NCBI GenBank assembly: GCA_963764345.1
Contig: CAVXSF010000009.1
Location: 451,116 to 515,115, forward strand
Source: an uncultured Bacteroidales bacterium
GTDB taxonomy: Bacteria > Bacteroidota > Bacteroidia > Bacteroidales > GCA-2748055
Direction: 5' to 3'
Length of the DNA: 64,000 nt
The notes below the pieces were generated by a model that was given only the letters and a program-made list of their open reading frames with translations, searched no databases and was not told the DNA's origin. Shown here in pieces: positions 21,171 to 30,731 of this stretch. The number at the start of each line of letters is the position of its first letter. The stretch's first letter is position 1. A program made the translations under genes and the position numbers.

Positions 21171-24100
21171 ATGAAAAAAGAGATTGATAAGTCAAGGGAC
21201 GAATTGCTCAGGGAGATTCAAAAGTTAAAAGAAGAACAGCAGACTCTCCGGGAAGATCAACGTCGTTATTCCACACTGGTCCAAAACCTGAATGGTGCCG
21301 TATACCGGTGTAAGAACGATCGGAATTATACCATGGAGGCTTTAACCGGTGAGATAAAACAGCTCACAGGGTATCTTCCTGAAGATTTCATTGCTAATAA
21401 ACATTTAAGCTGGAACGATCTTATTGCGGAAGAAGACCGGGACAGGATACGCAAGGTCATACAAAAGTCACTGAAAAACCGTGAGAGATTTACGTTGGAT
21501 TACATGATCACGGATGCTTCGGGTATTCAAAAATGGGTTTGGGAACAGGGCTGTGGCATATTTGACAGCAAGGGTAACGTAGAAGCCCTGGAAGGTTTTA
21601 TCACCGATATTACGAAATGGAAGCACTCTGAGATAGCCAAAGAAGAGAACGAACAGAAATTCAGGAGCCTTTATGAAAATGCACCGGTAGCGTATTTTTC
21701 TGTCTCTTCCGATGGTAAAATCACCCGTTGCAATAAGAAAGCCTATTCCCTCCTTGGATATCCCGACGGCACTCTTCCCGGAAAAGACTTTGATGAATTT
21801 CTCACCGGCAGTTCGGGGGAAAAACCAGCAGCCGGCAGCATTTTTTCCCGTTTGGACAATTGGGTTGAATTACCGGTCAATGAAGTCCAGCTTCTGAGGG
21901 CCGACGGAAACACGGTATGGGTTAGGATGACGATCAATTCGGAAAGGAATGCACAAGGTGATGTCGAAAAAAGACGGATACTCGTTCTCAACATCGAATC
22001 ACAAAAGAAGGCTGAGGAAGAGCTTCAGGTCACCCTTAAACGACTATCCCTTGCAGCAAAATCTGCAGGCATAGGCATCTGGGTCCTGGACCTTGAAACA
22101 GGAAATCTGACCTGGGATAACAAGATGTATGAGATTTATGGTGTCAGTCCCGATGAAAGGGATGGCGCTTCACCCTCCTGGAAGGAATTCATCCACCCTG
22201 ATGATGCCGTTAAAACCCTGGCGATTTATAACCAGGCTCTTAAAGAAAAAAATGCCTTTCATACTGATTACCGTATTGTCCGTCCCGACCAATCCGTAAG
22301 GTATATCCAGATACACGGCCTTGTGCATACTGGTCCGGACGGAAAAGCTGTCGGCGTTACCGGGATTAACTTTGATGAAACGGACCGTATCAGGTCGGAA
22401 CACCATATCCTTCGATTAAACAGATTGTACACTGTGCTGAGCAATATTAACCAGTCTATTATCAGGATCAGACAACTGCCGGAAATGTTTAATGAAGCCT
22501 GCAAGATTGCAGTAAATGACGGCCAGTTTGACCTGGCATGGATCGGCCTTACAGGATCATCTCCCGGAGAGATCGATATCCTGGCCTATGCGGGCAGTAA
22601 TGTCAAAACCATAGACGTGGTCAGCGAACGTCTTAAGAAAACAAATCATATCGCGGGTCCGACAGGTCAGGCTATCAGAACTGAACAACCGGTAATCATC
22701 AGGGATATCCGGACCGGTTTAGACACCCACAGCGATCCCCAAACTCTTCTTGAACTGGGATATAATGCACTGGCCTGTTTCCCTCTTGTTGCCGGAGGAC
22801 AGGTTAAAGGGGTCTTTAATCTTTATTCAAAGTCATCCGGAATTTTCGATGAGGATGAGATCAAACTTCTTACAGAGCTCTCAGCTGACATCTCTTATGC
22901 CATCGAATTTGCCGGCCAGGAGGAAGAAAATCTGATCTACAGGAATAAGCTCCTTGAAGCGACAAATGCTCTCGGGGCGATTATTGAAGCTTCGCCCCTG
23001 GCCATTCTTCATCTTAGCCCTGAAGGTAAGGTTCTCCTCTGGAATCATGCAGCAGAAAAGATCTTCGGCTGGAAACATGAAGAAGTGGTGGGCAAATTCC
23101 TGCCAATCGTGCAAAAGGATAAACAAAACGAGTTCAAGGATATCCGTGAACATGTCCTCGCCGGGAATAGTTACACCGCATACGAATTGATACGTCAGCG
23201 GAAAGATGGCAGTAAGATATTTGTCAGCCTTTCCACATCTGCCATCTACGATAAAAACGGAAATATAAGCGGCATTATTGAAGTACTGGAGGATATCGGC
23301 TCAAGGAAAATGGCAGAAAGAAAACTCATGGACAGTGAAGCCAGGTACCGGTACCTGTTTCAAAATAACCCGCACCCGATGATTGTATACGACAGGGATA
23401 GCCTGGATATCCTGGAAGTCAACGATGCTGCGGTGATAAAATACGGGTACAGCCGGGAAGAATTCCGCAAAATCAAGGTCTCCGATATCAGACCGGAAGA
23501 GGAACGCGAAAAATTCCTGACTCTTATGTCCAGTGAAAGAGAACCAATAAGGCATTCCGGCACCTGGAAACATAATCTTAAAAACGGATCCACCATTGAT
23601 GTTGATATAACTTCCCATACTCTTGAATATGAAGGTCATAAGGCAGTACTCGTCCTTGCACAGGATGTGACCGAACGAAAAAAATGGGAAGAGGATCTGA
23701 TCCGGGCCAAGGAAGAAGCCGAACAATCAAACCGGCTGAAAGATGCCTTCGTGGCTAACATATCCCACGAGATCCGGACACCCTTAAACTCTATCCTTGG
23801 ATTCTCCGAACTGATACGCGATACCCTCGCCGGTCAAGTGGATGAAGAACTGGACAGGTATTTCGAAAATATAACCAAGTCGAGTCACCGCCTGATGAGA
23901 ACGGTGGATATGATCCTGAATTTCTCCAGACTCCAGGTTGGCGCATTCAACATACATCCTATTGTACTCAAATTACCTGAACTTGTCGAACAACTGGTAG
24001 ATGAGAACAAGCTGAGCGCCCTGAACAAATCTCTGGAACTTTCTTTTGAAAATAAAGTCGGAGACGTACGCCTCAAACTGGACGAATATTGTACCATGCA

Positions 24101-24875
24101 GGCAATCGCGAACCTTATTGATAACGCACTAAAATATACAAATGAAGGTTCGATTCATTTAATCCTGTACACAAACGAGGAAGGCTTCCTGAATCTGGAC
24201 GTCGCCGACACTGGGATTGGCATGTCGGAAGAATTCTTCAGCCAGCTTTTCAGACCTTATTCCCAGGAAGACATCGGTTATACAAGAAGCTATGAAGGGA
24301 TAGGTCTGGGCCTTTCCATGGTCAAACAATATCTTGAGCTGAATGGCGCCTCCGTTTCGTTCCGGAGTGTACAAAATCATGGCTCTGTTTTTACCATCCA
24401 TTTCAATCAGCGACCTTCCACCGAGGAAACCGTCAAGGCACAGAAGGAAAATAAACAGGAGCCTGATCATGTTAATCCTTTGGTGACTGTCGCAAAAAAC
24501 TATGTCCTTGTAGTTGAAGACGATCCATTCAGTCAGGATTATTTGGAAACCATTCTCGCTGATAATTACCATGTATTAATCGCTGAAAGAGCGGATGAAG
24601 CGCTGAAAATGCTATTAAGGCAACATGTGTCGGTAATCCTGATGGATATCTCCCTTAAAGGTGAAATGGATGGACTTAAACTCACCCGAAAACTGAAAGA
24701 CAATCCGGATTACCATTCCATACCGGTCATTGTGCTAACGGCACATGCCTTTTCAGAGGACCGCAAAAGATCAATGGATGCCGGCTGTGATGCTTATTTT
24801 TCAAAGCCTTTTAATCCCAGGGAATTATTGAATAAGATGGATGAGTTACAGGCCGGGAATGTTTTATCGGTGTAG
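21171..24875 (+). CDS. cytoplasmic multi-PAS/GAF hybrid sensor histidine kinase / response regulator
   Basis: 1234 aa with no TM segment. It has an N-terminal coiled coil, several PAS/PAC units, a GAF-like unit, HisKA (SHEIRTPLNSILGFSELI), HATPase_c (DTGIGMS...GIGLGLS) and a receiver (VVEDDPFSQ...LMDISL). Confidence 0.9.
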   Translation: MKKEIDKSRDELLREIQKLKEEQQTLREDQRRYSTLVQNLNGAVYRCKNDRNYTMEALTGEIKQLTGYLPEDFIANKHLSWNDLIAEEDRDRIRKVIQKSLKNRERFTLDYMITDASGIQKWVWEQGCGIFDSKGNVEALEGFITDITKWKHSEIAKEENEQKFRSLYENAPVAYFSVSSDGKITRCNKKAYSLLGYPDGTLPGKDFDEFLTGSSGEKPAAGSIFSRLDNWVELPVNEVQLLRADGNTVWVRMTINSERNAQGDVEKRRILVLNIESQKKAEEELQVTLKRLSLAAKSAGIGIWVLDLETGNLTWDNKMYEIYGVSPDERDGASPSWKEFIHPDDAVKTLAIYNQALKEKNAFHTDYRIVRPDQSVRYIQIHGLVHTGPDGKAVGVTGINFDETDRIRSEHHILRLNRLYTVLSNINQSIIRIRQLPEMFNEACKIAVNDGQFDLAWIGLTGSSPGEIDILAYAGSNVKTIDVVSERLKKTNHIAGPTGQAIRTEQPVIIRDIRTGLDTHSDPQTLLELGYNALACFPLVAGGQVKGVFNLYSKSSGIFDEDEIKLLTELSADISYAIEFAGQEEENLIYRNKLLEATNALGAIIEASPLAILHLSPEGKVLLWNHAAEKIFGWKHEEVVGKFLPIVQKDKQNEFKDIREHVLAGNSYTAYELIRQRKDGSKIFVSLSTSAIYDKNGNISGIIEVLEDIGSRKMAERKLMDSEARYRYLFQNNPHPMIVYDRDSLDILEVNDAAVIKYGYSREEFRKIKVSDIRPEEEREKFLTLMSSEREPIRHSGTWKHNLKNGSTIDVDITSHTLEYEGHKAVLVLAQDVTERKKWEEDLIRAKEEAEQSNRLKDAFVANISHEIRTPLNSILGFSELIRDTLAGQVDEELDRYFENITKSSHRLMRTVDMILNFSRLQVGAFNIHPIVLKLPELVEQLVDENKLSALNKSLELSFENKVGDVRLKLDEYCTMQAIANLIDNALKYTNEGSIHLILYTNEEGFLNLDVADTGIGMSEEFFSQLFRPYSQEDIGYTRSYEGIGLGLSMVKQYLELNGASVSFRSVQNHGSVFTIHFNQRPSTEETVKAQKENKQEPDHVNPLVTVAKNYVLVVEDDPFSQDYLETILADNYHVLIAERADEALKMLLRQHVSVILMDISLKGEMDGLKLTRKLKDNPDYHSIPVIVLTAHAFSEDRKRSMDAGCDAYFSKPFNPRELLNKMDELQAGNVLSV

Positions 24876-24926
24876 CCGGAAAGGATATTTTCATTACTTT
24901 TGAAGGATCTTTTTTACCTGATCTTT

Positions 24927-25217
24927 ATGATTTGTCGTTCCGGATGCGGTGCCTGTTGCATTGCACTTTCCATTTCCTCCCCCATTCCGGGTATGCCTTC
25001 AGGTAAACCTGCAGGAGTAAAATGCATTCATCTTAAACCGGATTACCGATGCGGACTTTTCAATCATCCCGATCGTCCGGAAGTTTGCGGCCGCTTTGTG
25101 GCCGAAGAGCTGATCTGCGGAACATCAAGGGAAGAAGCTTTACTGATCATGAACCAACTCGAGAGCGATTGCATACAAAGGAAATCCCTTCCCGGTGAGC
25201 CTCCGATCCGAATCTGA
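24927..25217 (+). CDS. YkgJ-family cysteine-cluster (Fe/Zn-binding) protein
   Basis: CRSGCGACC plus a downstream C...C cluster (CxxCxxCC pattern). The first ATG is at 24927; the listed start at 24900 is a TTG. Confidence 0.65.
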   Translation: MICRSGCGACCIALSISSPIPGMPSGKPAGVKCIHLKPDYRCGLFNHPDRPEVCGRFVAEELICGTSREEALLIMNQLESDCIQRKSLPGEPPIRI

Positions 25218-25543
25218 AGGGGGAAAGAAACCCCATACTATTCTATCTTTCAGCTTCTTGCAAAGTAGAGGGTATTTGCCTAAGTGCCTTTCTTCGGCTT
25301 CCGGTCCGCTTGTCGCAGAAGAGTACAAGCACGATGAAATTTGGAGACGACAGCCGGAAAATCATGTTTTCAAGCTGAAACCCGACAGACTGTAAAAATT
25401 TTATTTAACCGTTCACCCGGCTCACCCGGTATTAATTTAACATTAATTCAAGCCGTTTCCTGATAAATTCAATTTTCACATATCATATTATTATCAAACA
25501 TTATTAAATTTGCGGGTCGATTCCCCCAAAAAAACGGACTAAA

Positions 25544-27481
25544 ATGACAGATTTTTTAAACTCATTGCATGGGAAAGGAATAGTCCTGCCCGAAGTGATT
25601 GTGGATATCCTTGAGAACTGCCCCCGATTCACGGTATTCAATTCATCGGAAGAGCTTGCGGAAGCTTCTGTTGACGGAAAAAACAGTTTTGAAGTCTCGT
25701 ATGAGGTAGAAGGTAAAGGCCTTTACACGGAAGCCATTATTCATAAAGTGAAAAACGGCATTTCTGCCAATTATACCGAAGCGTATATGAGGCGCAGGGA
25801 TCCCGACACGATGGTCATTGCAGATGATCTCCCGACCGACAAACCGAAATTCACAGAGCGTTTCGGATATGATTTCAGTGTACTGCGCGATCAGACCTTT
25901 GAATGGCTGAAAAAACAGGAACTCGGGATATTTTTTTATTTCGCCGGACAAAAGGGCATCGGAAGTACTGGCATGGCTATAGCACCGGCGAACGCAGCCT
26001 TCTTTTCAATGGGCTTATCCATGCTTCAGAAAATTGTTCCGGTTGATGAACTGCCTGACGGTTACCAATTGGAATCTGTCATCTATGTTGCACCCCCGTT
26101 CAGGCATTCTCACTTTAAGGGCAGGCAGATTGTGGTTCACAACAGGCTGCCAGGTCTTCACGAGATGTATGCCTATAACCTTTATCCCGGACCAAGTGCA
26201 AAAAAAGGACTGTACGGTGTGCTGCTAACCAAAGGGGAGGAAGAAAACTGGATTACAGCGCATTGTTCAACCGTACAGGTTATTAGTCCGTACGATAACA
26301 TCACTACCTATATGCATGAAGGTGCCAGTGGAGGTGGCAAAAGCGAGATGCTTCAGCATATCGTCCGGGAGCCTGAAGGGCAGGTGTTGCTTGGCGAAAA
26401 CATGATCAACGGTGAACGCCGGTTAATCTCCATCCCGACTTTTTGTAAATTCAACCCGGTTACCGATGATATGGCGCTTTGCCATCCTTCCATTCAGAGG
26501 AACAACGGGAAACTGTCTGTCCTCGATGCAGAAAATGCCTGGTTTATCAGGGTAGACGGAATAAGGAATTATGGTGATGATCCGTTCCTTGAGAGTATTA
26601 CCATAAACGCAAAAAAACCTCTGCTTTTCCTCAACCTGGACACCATGCCGGATTGTACGGCACTGGTATGGGATCATACGGAAGATGCCCCGGGAAAGAG
26701 ATGTCCCAATCCGAGAGTAGTGCTGCCCAGGGATATTGTACCCGGAGTAGTGAACGAACCGGTATCCATTGATGTGCGTAGTTTCGGTGTGCGGACACCC
26801 CCCTTCTCACCCGGGAATCCATCATACGCCATCATCGGCCTTTTCCATATCCTCCCTCCTGCCCTGGCCTGGCTGTGGAGGCTTGTTTCGCCAAGAGGCT
26901 ATGCCAACCCAAGCATCACCAGTTCGGAAGGACTGGAAAGCGAAGGTGTCGGATCATACTGGCCTTTTGCCACAGGGAAACAGGTTAAGCACGCCAATCT
27001 CCTTCTCGACCAGATCATACATACCCCCCGGGTGCGGTACACACTCACCCCAAATCAGCATATCGGAGTCTGGAAAGTAGGATTCAAGCCCCAGCTCATG
27101 ATGAGAGAATATCTCACCCGTCGCGGAAATGCAAAGTTAAGATCGGATCAGTACCAGCCGGCACGCTGCAGTCTGCTGGGTTTCGAACTGAACTATGTTA
27201 CAATCGAAGGTGCCAAGATCCCGTCCCGGTTTCTTAAAGTTTATCGCCAGACTGAAGTGGGTGAAGAAGGCTATGATGCCGGAGCGGATATACTTTCTGA
27301 ATTTTTCAAGAAAGAACTACCCCAATATCTCACTCAGGAGTTGTCAGAAACCGGGCATAAGATTATTGAGGCCTGCCTTGATAATGCCCAGATTAAAGAT
27401 TACCTGAGCATCCTACCTATGGATTATCAATATTCCTTTTTTACACCTGAGGAGATGCACCGGGATAATTCAGCCCACTGA
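25544..27481 (+). CDS. conserved protein of unknown function with an HprK/PEPCK-like P-loop (resembles the DUF4914 family)
   Basis: 645-aa soluble protein with a single Walker A-like motif HEGASGGGKSEML. No other recognisable catalytic domain is visible by eye. Confidence 0.6.
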   Translation: MTDFLNSLHGKGIVLPEVIVDILENCPRFTVFNSSEELAEASVDGKNSFEVSYEVEGKGLYTEAIIHKVKNGISANYTEAYMRRRDPDTMVIADDLPTDKPKFTERFGYDFSVLRDQTFEWLKKQELGIFFYFAGQKGIGSTGMAIAPANAAFFSMGLSMLQKIVPVDELPDGYQLESVIYVAPPFRHSHFKGRQIVVHNRLPGLHEMYAYNLYPGPSAKKGLYGVLLTKGEEENWITAHCSTVQVISPYDNITTYMHEGASGGGKSEMLQHIVREPEGQVLLGENMINGERRLISIPTFCKFNPVTDDMALCHPSIQRNNGKLSVLDAENAWFIRVDGIRNYGDDPFLESITINAKKPLLFLNLDTMPDCTALVWDHTEDAPGKRCPNPRVVLPRDIVPGVVNEPVSIDVRSFGVRTPPFSPGNPSYAIIGLFHILPPALAWLWRLVSPRGYANPSITSSEGLESEGVGSYWPFATGKQVKHANLLLDQIIHTPRVRYTLTPNQHIGVWKVGFKPQLMMREYLTRRGNAKLRSDQYQPARCSLLGFELNYVTIEGAKIPSRFLKVYRQTEVGEEGYDAGADILSEFFKKELPQYLTQELSETGHKIIEACLDNAQIKDYLSILPMDYQYSFFTPEEMHRDNSAH

Positions 27482-27675
27482 AGGACTGGAACGAAGGATT
27501 GAAGGGAAAGGAGCAAAAGTAACGGGAAACCGGTTCGCGAGGTGTATCCGGGGAAATCAGAAGATCACTGTGCCGTGATTAACCCGACTAATGGTGACAG
27601 TCGCTACAGATGCTACTGCTGTGAAAACTACACTGTTACTCATCTTCTCTTTCTCACAATCCCTTTTTCATAGCC

Positions 27676-28110
27676 TCACATATGATTCAGTACAGCCTCA
27701 CCACTGTTAACCCTTTCGGCCAGGCTCTTAACAGTCTCCGAACTAACCAGTCTTAAATAAGCGCCCCTTATCCTGGCATAACGGTCATGCATCGGACAGG
27801 GAGAAAGATCACTGCATTTGCCCAGACCAAAACCACATTTGGTGAAAAATAATTCACCTTCCATGATTTTAATGATGTCGAAAACAGAAATCTGCCCGGC
27901 TTCCTTTTCAAGAAAAAACCCACCACCACGTCCCCTCACAGAACCCAGAATCCTGAACCTCCCCAGGTTTTGCAGTACTTTAGCCAAATATTGCTCAGGC
28001 GCTTCTATCTCCCTGGCGATCTCCCGATATCCCGGCCGAAGACCATCACGGTTTATCATTTCAATATAAACCAGAGCTCTGATAGCATATTCCGTTCCCT
28101 TGGATATCAT
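27676..28110 (-). CDS. Rrf2-family transcriptional regulator (NsrR/IscR-like)
   Basis: 144 aa. N-terminal wHTH (SKGTEYAIRALVYI) and a Cys cluster (C..C.....C: KCGFGLGKCSDLSPC) typical of Fe-S-sensing Rrf2 proteins. Confidence 0.88.
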   Translation of the reverse strand: MISKGTEYAIRALVYIEMINRDGLRPGYREIAREIEAPEQYLAKVLQNLGRFRILGSVRGRGGGFFLEKEAGQISVFDIIKIMEGELFFTKCGFGLGKCSDLSPCPMHDRYARIRGAYLRLVSSETVKSLAERVNSGEAVLNHM

Positions 28111-28129
28111 GTTTTTCCTTCAAATGTAA

Positions 28130-28858
28130 TTACCTTTTTAACAGCCGGGCCTCCATTTCCTTCGCCTCCGGAAACAAAATGTTATTTTCGAGATGAATGT
28201 GCCTGTGCAGATCTTCCTCAAACTCACTAAGCATATGATAGGTTACTCTAAAAGTGTTGCACGCATCTTCAGGAAGTGAATAGCCCTTTGTAATTTCATT
28301 CAGTTGCCGGAACCTGTCACCTTCATTCTCATGTTCCGAAACCATCATATGGATCGGATTTGCCACAGTACCGAAAGATGGCGTTTTTAACTGGGTATTT
28401 TGTTTTCCGCAAAAAGACATGTGTTTGATGTACGGAAAAAGAATCATCTCTTCCTTTTGCATGTGCTTCACAAGGTTGGTAGCGGCAGTCAGGAAATGAT
28501 CCTTTACCTTGAATATTTCAGGATGACTCTTACCGTGGACATTACATAGTTTATCAATGCTGACGGTAAGAACAGGGATTTTATCCCGTACATACATATG
28601 ATGTCTCTTAATGATGTAATCGCACAATTCATCAGGGGGCATGCTCTGAACATGCCCCGTATCAAAGTCTCTCACGATCATAGCCTGGTCGAGTTTCCGG
28701 ATCACATTGCCGATGTCGGCTCCAACTTCATCACAGGCCGTGACCAGCGTTCTGTTACCTCCGCAACAGTAATCGATTTTCATGCGGGTGAGCACGGAAG
28801 CAGCATTAAAATTTTCCCGTACGATATCACCCACGCGAGTTTGGGATGTAATATTCAT
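28130..28858 (-). CDS. ric: iron-sulfur cluster repair di-iron protein (RIC/YtfE/ScdA)
   Basis: ScdA N-domain (VGDIV...F....IDYCCGG..TL..AC) followed by a hemerythrin-like His/Glu repeat (HH.YV, H.EE..LFP, H..LEN.ILFP). Confidence 0.9.
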   Translation of the reverse strand: MNITSQTRVGDIVRENFNAASVLTRMKIDYCCGGNRTLVTACDEVGADIGNVIRKLDQAMIVRDFDTGHVQSMPPDELCDYIIKRHHMYVRDKIPVLTVSIDKLCNVHGKSHPEIFKVKDHFLTAATNLVKHMQKEEMILFPYIKHMSFCGKQNTQLKTPSFGTVANPIHMMVSEHENEGDRFRQLNEITKGYSLPEDACNTFRVTYHMLSEFEEDLHRHIHLENNILFPEAKEMEARLLKR

Positions 28859-29050
28859 GACGACTCAATTTAGTATTATACAAAAATAAACTTTTTATGG
28901 ATATGCGGGTCCACTTATATGTTTTAATATTTCAGAACAGGTGATTCAGAAATGTATGTCCGCAAAGTGGTACAGGGAATCATTCAGGTTATAAACGAAT
29001 GATCCGGGGATGTATTATTGAAGGATGTCATTTTGGGTAGGCCTGAAGTC

Positions 29051-29090
29051 AAAAAAGCCCTGCCGGTGGTCCCGGCAGGGCTTTCACTTT
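29051..29090. terminator. bidirectional rho-independent terminator
   Basis: 10-bp GC-rich stem gccctgccgg / ccggcagggc (29057-29066, 29072-29081) flanked by an A-run and a T-rich tract. It lies just 3' of tRNA-Pro on the minus strand. Confidence 0.65.
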
Positions 29091-29096
29091 CTTTTG

Positions 29097-29169
29097 TCGG
29101 GGTGAGAAGACTCGAACTTCCGGCCTCGTCGTCCCGAACGACGCGCGCTGCCAACTGCGCCACACCCCG
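29097..29169 (-). tRNA. tRNA-Pro (anticodon CGG)
   Basis: The minus strand folds as a cloverleaf: acceptor CGGGGTG/CACCCCG, D arm GCGC-AGTTGGCA-GCGC, anticodon arm CGTCG-TTCGGGA-CGACG and T arm GGAAG-TTCGAGT-CTTCT. CCA is not encoded. Confidence 0.9.
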
Positions 29170-29608
29170 AAACGAATGACTCCAGCTTTTTATTCCCCCT
29201 CAGGGGTTTGCAATGCGGACACAAAAATATAAAAAACCTTAAGATTTACCTATAGTTTTAAAAATAAGTTCCCATAGGAAACAACAGGTCGATCGACTGT
29301 CCGGAATCCACATCCAAACCCTGTCCGCATGTAAGCCTTCTCATACCAGATGGTCCAGGTTTTCCGCTCTTAAAAACAAAATAGACCGTTTCAATGTTTA
29401 TAATCTTGCAAATTAATCGAGTTACGACCGGGAGTGGTCTGAAAACGATTTCAGTAGACTGATTCTCCGGGCCATTTAAGGGGGTTATAGTTTCAGGTCA
29501 TCGGGTATTGAAGGATTTTCAAGGTTATTTCGTACATCCGTATTCACTGTTATCATCACATAAGGATCAAACTGTAAAAACGAATTTTTAACGATAAAAC
29601 CCTGAACT

Positions 29609-30592
29609 ATGAAAAAAATTCTGTTGATTATCCTTTCTTCCCTGGTGGTCATCATTGCAGGAATGGTCATCTTCATCCTTTCCTCCTGGAAAAAAACCTT
29701 TGAAGCACCAATGCCCAATCTTAAAGCAAGTACAGATCCGGTATACATTCTCAGGGGAGAGCACCTGGCGTATGGGCCTGCTCATTGTGTAGATTGTCAC
29801 ATCTCACCTGAAAGAATCGCCGAAGTGGGAAGAGGCGCAAAAGTCCCTTTGATCGGCGGGCTTGAATTCGACATTCCTCCAGGTATTTTCGTAACACCCA
29901 ACCTGACTCCCGATCCGGAAACCGGCATTGGCAATTTCACTGACGGCCAGATAGCCAGGGCTCTTCGATATTCCGTAAAACACAATGGTGATTATATGGT
30001 CCCGTTCATGCCGTTTCAAAATCTGAGCGATGAAGATGTCGTCGCCATCCTTTCCTTTCTGAGATCGCAGACACCCGTCAAACATGCTGTCAAACCAGAC
30101 CATTACCGCTTTCTTGGCAAGGCCCTGATGGCCCTTGGAGCTCTTAAGCCGGTGGGACCCATTGGCACTCCCCCAAAATCTGAAGTAATCGACAGCACTG
30201 TTGCCTATGGATCGTACATGGCCAACAGTGTTGCCAACTGCATCGGTTGTCATACAGCAAGGGACATGAAATCGGGGAAGATTACCGGACCTCCCTTTGC
30301 CGGGGGTATGCAGTTTGAACCCGATAAATTAAGTCAGGGCTATTCATTCATATCCCCCAACCTGACCCCGGATAAAACAAGCGGGGTCATGGCGGCCTGG
30401 GATGAAAAAACTTTTATGAACCGGCTCCACGGAGGACGCGTTTACAAAGGATCGCCTATGCCCTGGGAAGCCTTTGCCAGGATGGACGACATTGAACTGA
30501 AGGCTTTGTACAAATACCTGCATACCCTCGCCCCGGTAAACAACAGGATTGAAAAGACTGTGTTTCAACCTGGGGAGAAGATGAAGGATTAG
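29609..30592 (+). CDS. membrane-anchored dihaem c-type cytochrome
   Basis: N-terminal TM anchor and two CxxCH haem-binding motifs (CVDCH, CIGCH), each followed by NLTPD..TG(I/V) repeats. It resembles the cytochrome subunits of membrane dehydrogenases. Confidence 0.85.
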   Translation: MKKILLIILSSLVVIIAGMVIFILSSWKKTFEAPMPNLKASTDPVYILRGEHLAYGPAHCVDCHISPERIAEVGRGAKVPLIGGLEFDIPPGIFVTPNLTPDPETGIGNFTDGQIARALRYSVKHNGDYMVPFMPFQNLSDEDVVAILSFLRSQTPVKHAVKPDHYRFLGKALMALGALKPVGPIGTPPKSEVIDSTVAYGSYMANSVANCIGCHTARDMKSGKITGPPFAGGMQFEPDKLSQGYSFISPNLTPDKTSGVMAAWDEKTFMNRLHGGRVYKGSPMPWEAFARMDDIELKALYKYLHTLAPVNNRIEKTVFQPGEKMKD

Positions 30593-30731
30593 CAGTGTTT
30601 ACTATCGTTTCAGCCAGGTTCTCTTTTCTTTCAACATCTGAAAAATTTAAATAACAGCTCTTGGTCGCACCTCTAAGGGCAGTTTTCAAGTTTCCTGATA
30701 TTCTCCTCCCTTTATATCACCATTTTTATGC

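Noticed and set aside
25505-25535. tRNA T-arm-like sequence gcgggtcgattcccc
   Set aside because: No acceptor, D or anticodon arms can be built around it, and the T-stem itself does not pair. It is a chance similarity in the leader of the P-loop gene.
27482-27675. Possible cobalamin-type riboswitch (gggaaaccgg... and ...gatcactgtgcc resemble conserved B12-element pieces)
   Set aside because: The region lies between two convergent gene ends, so no gene sits downstream in either orientation. The matches are short and the core B12-box is incomplete.
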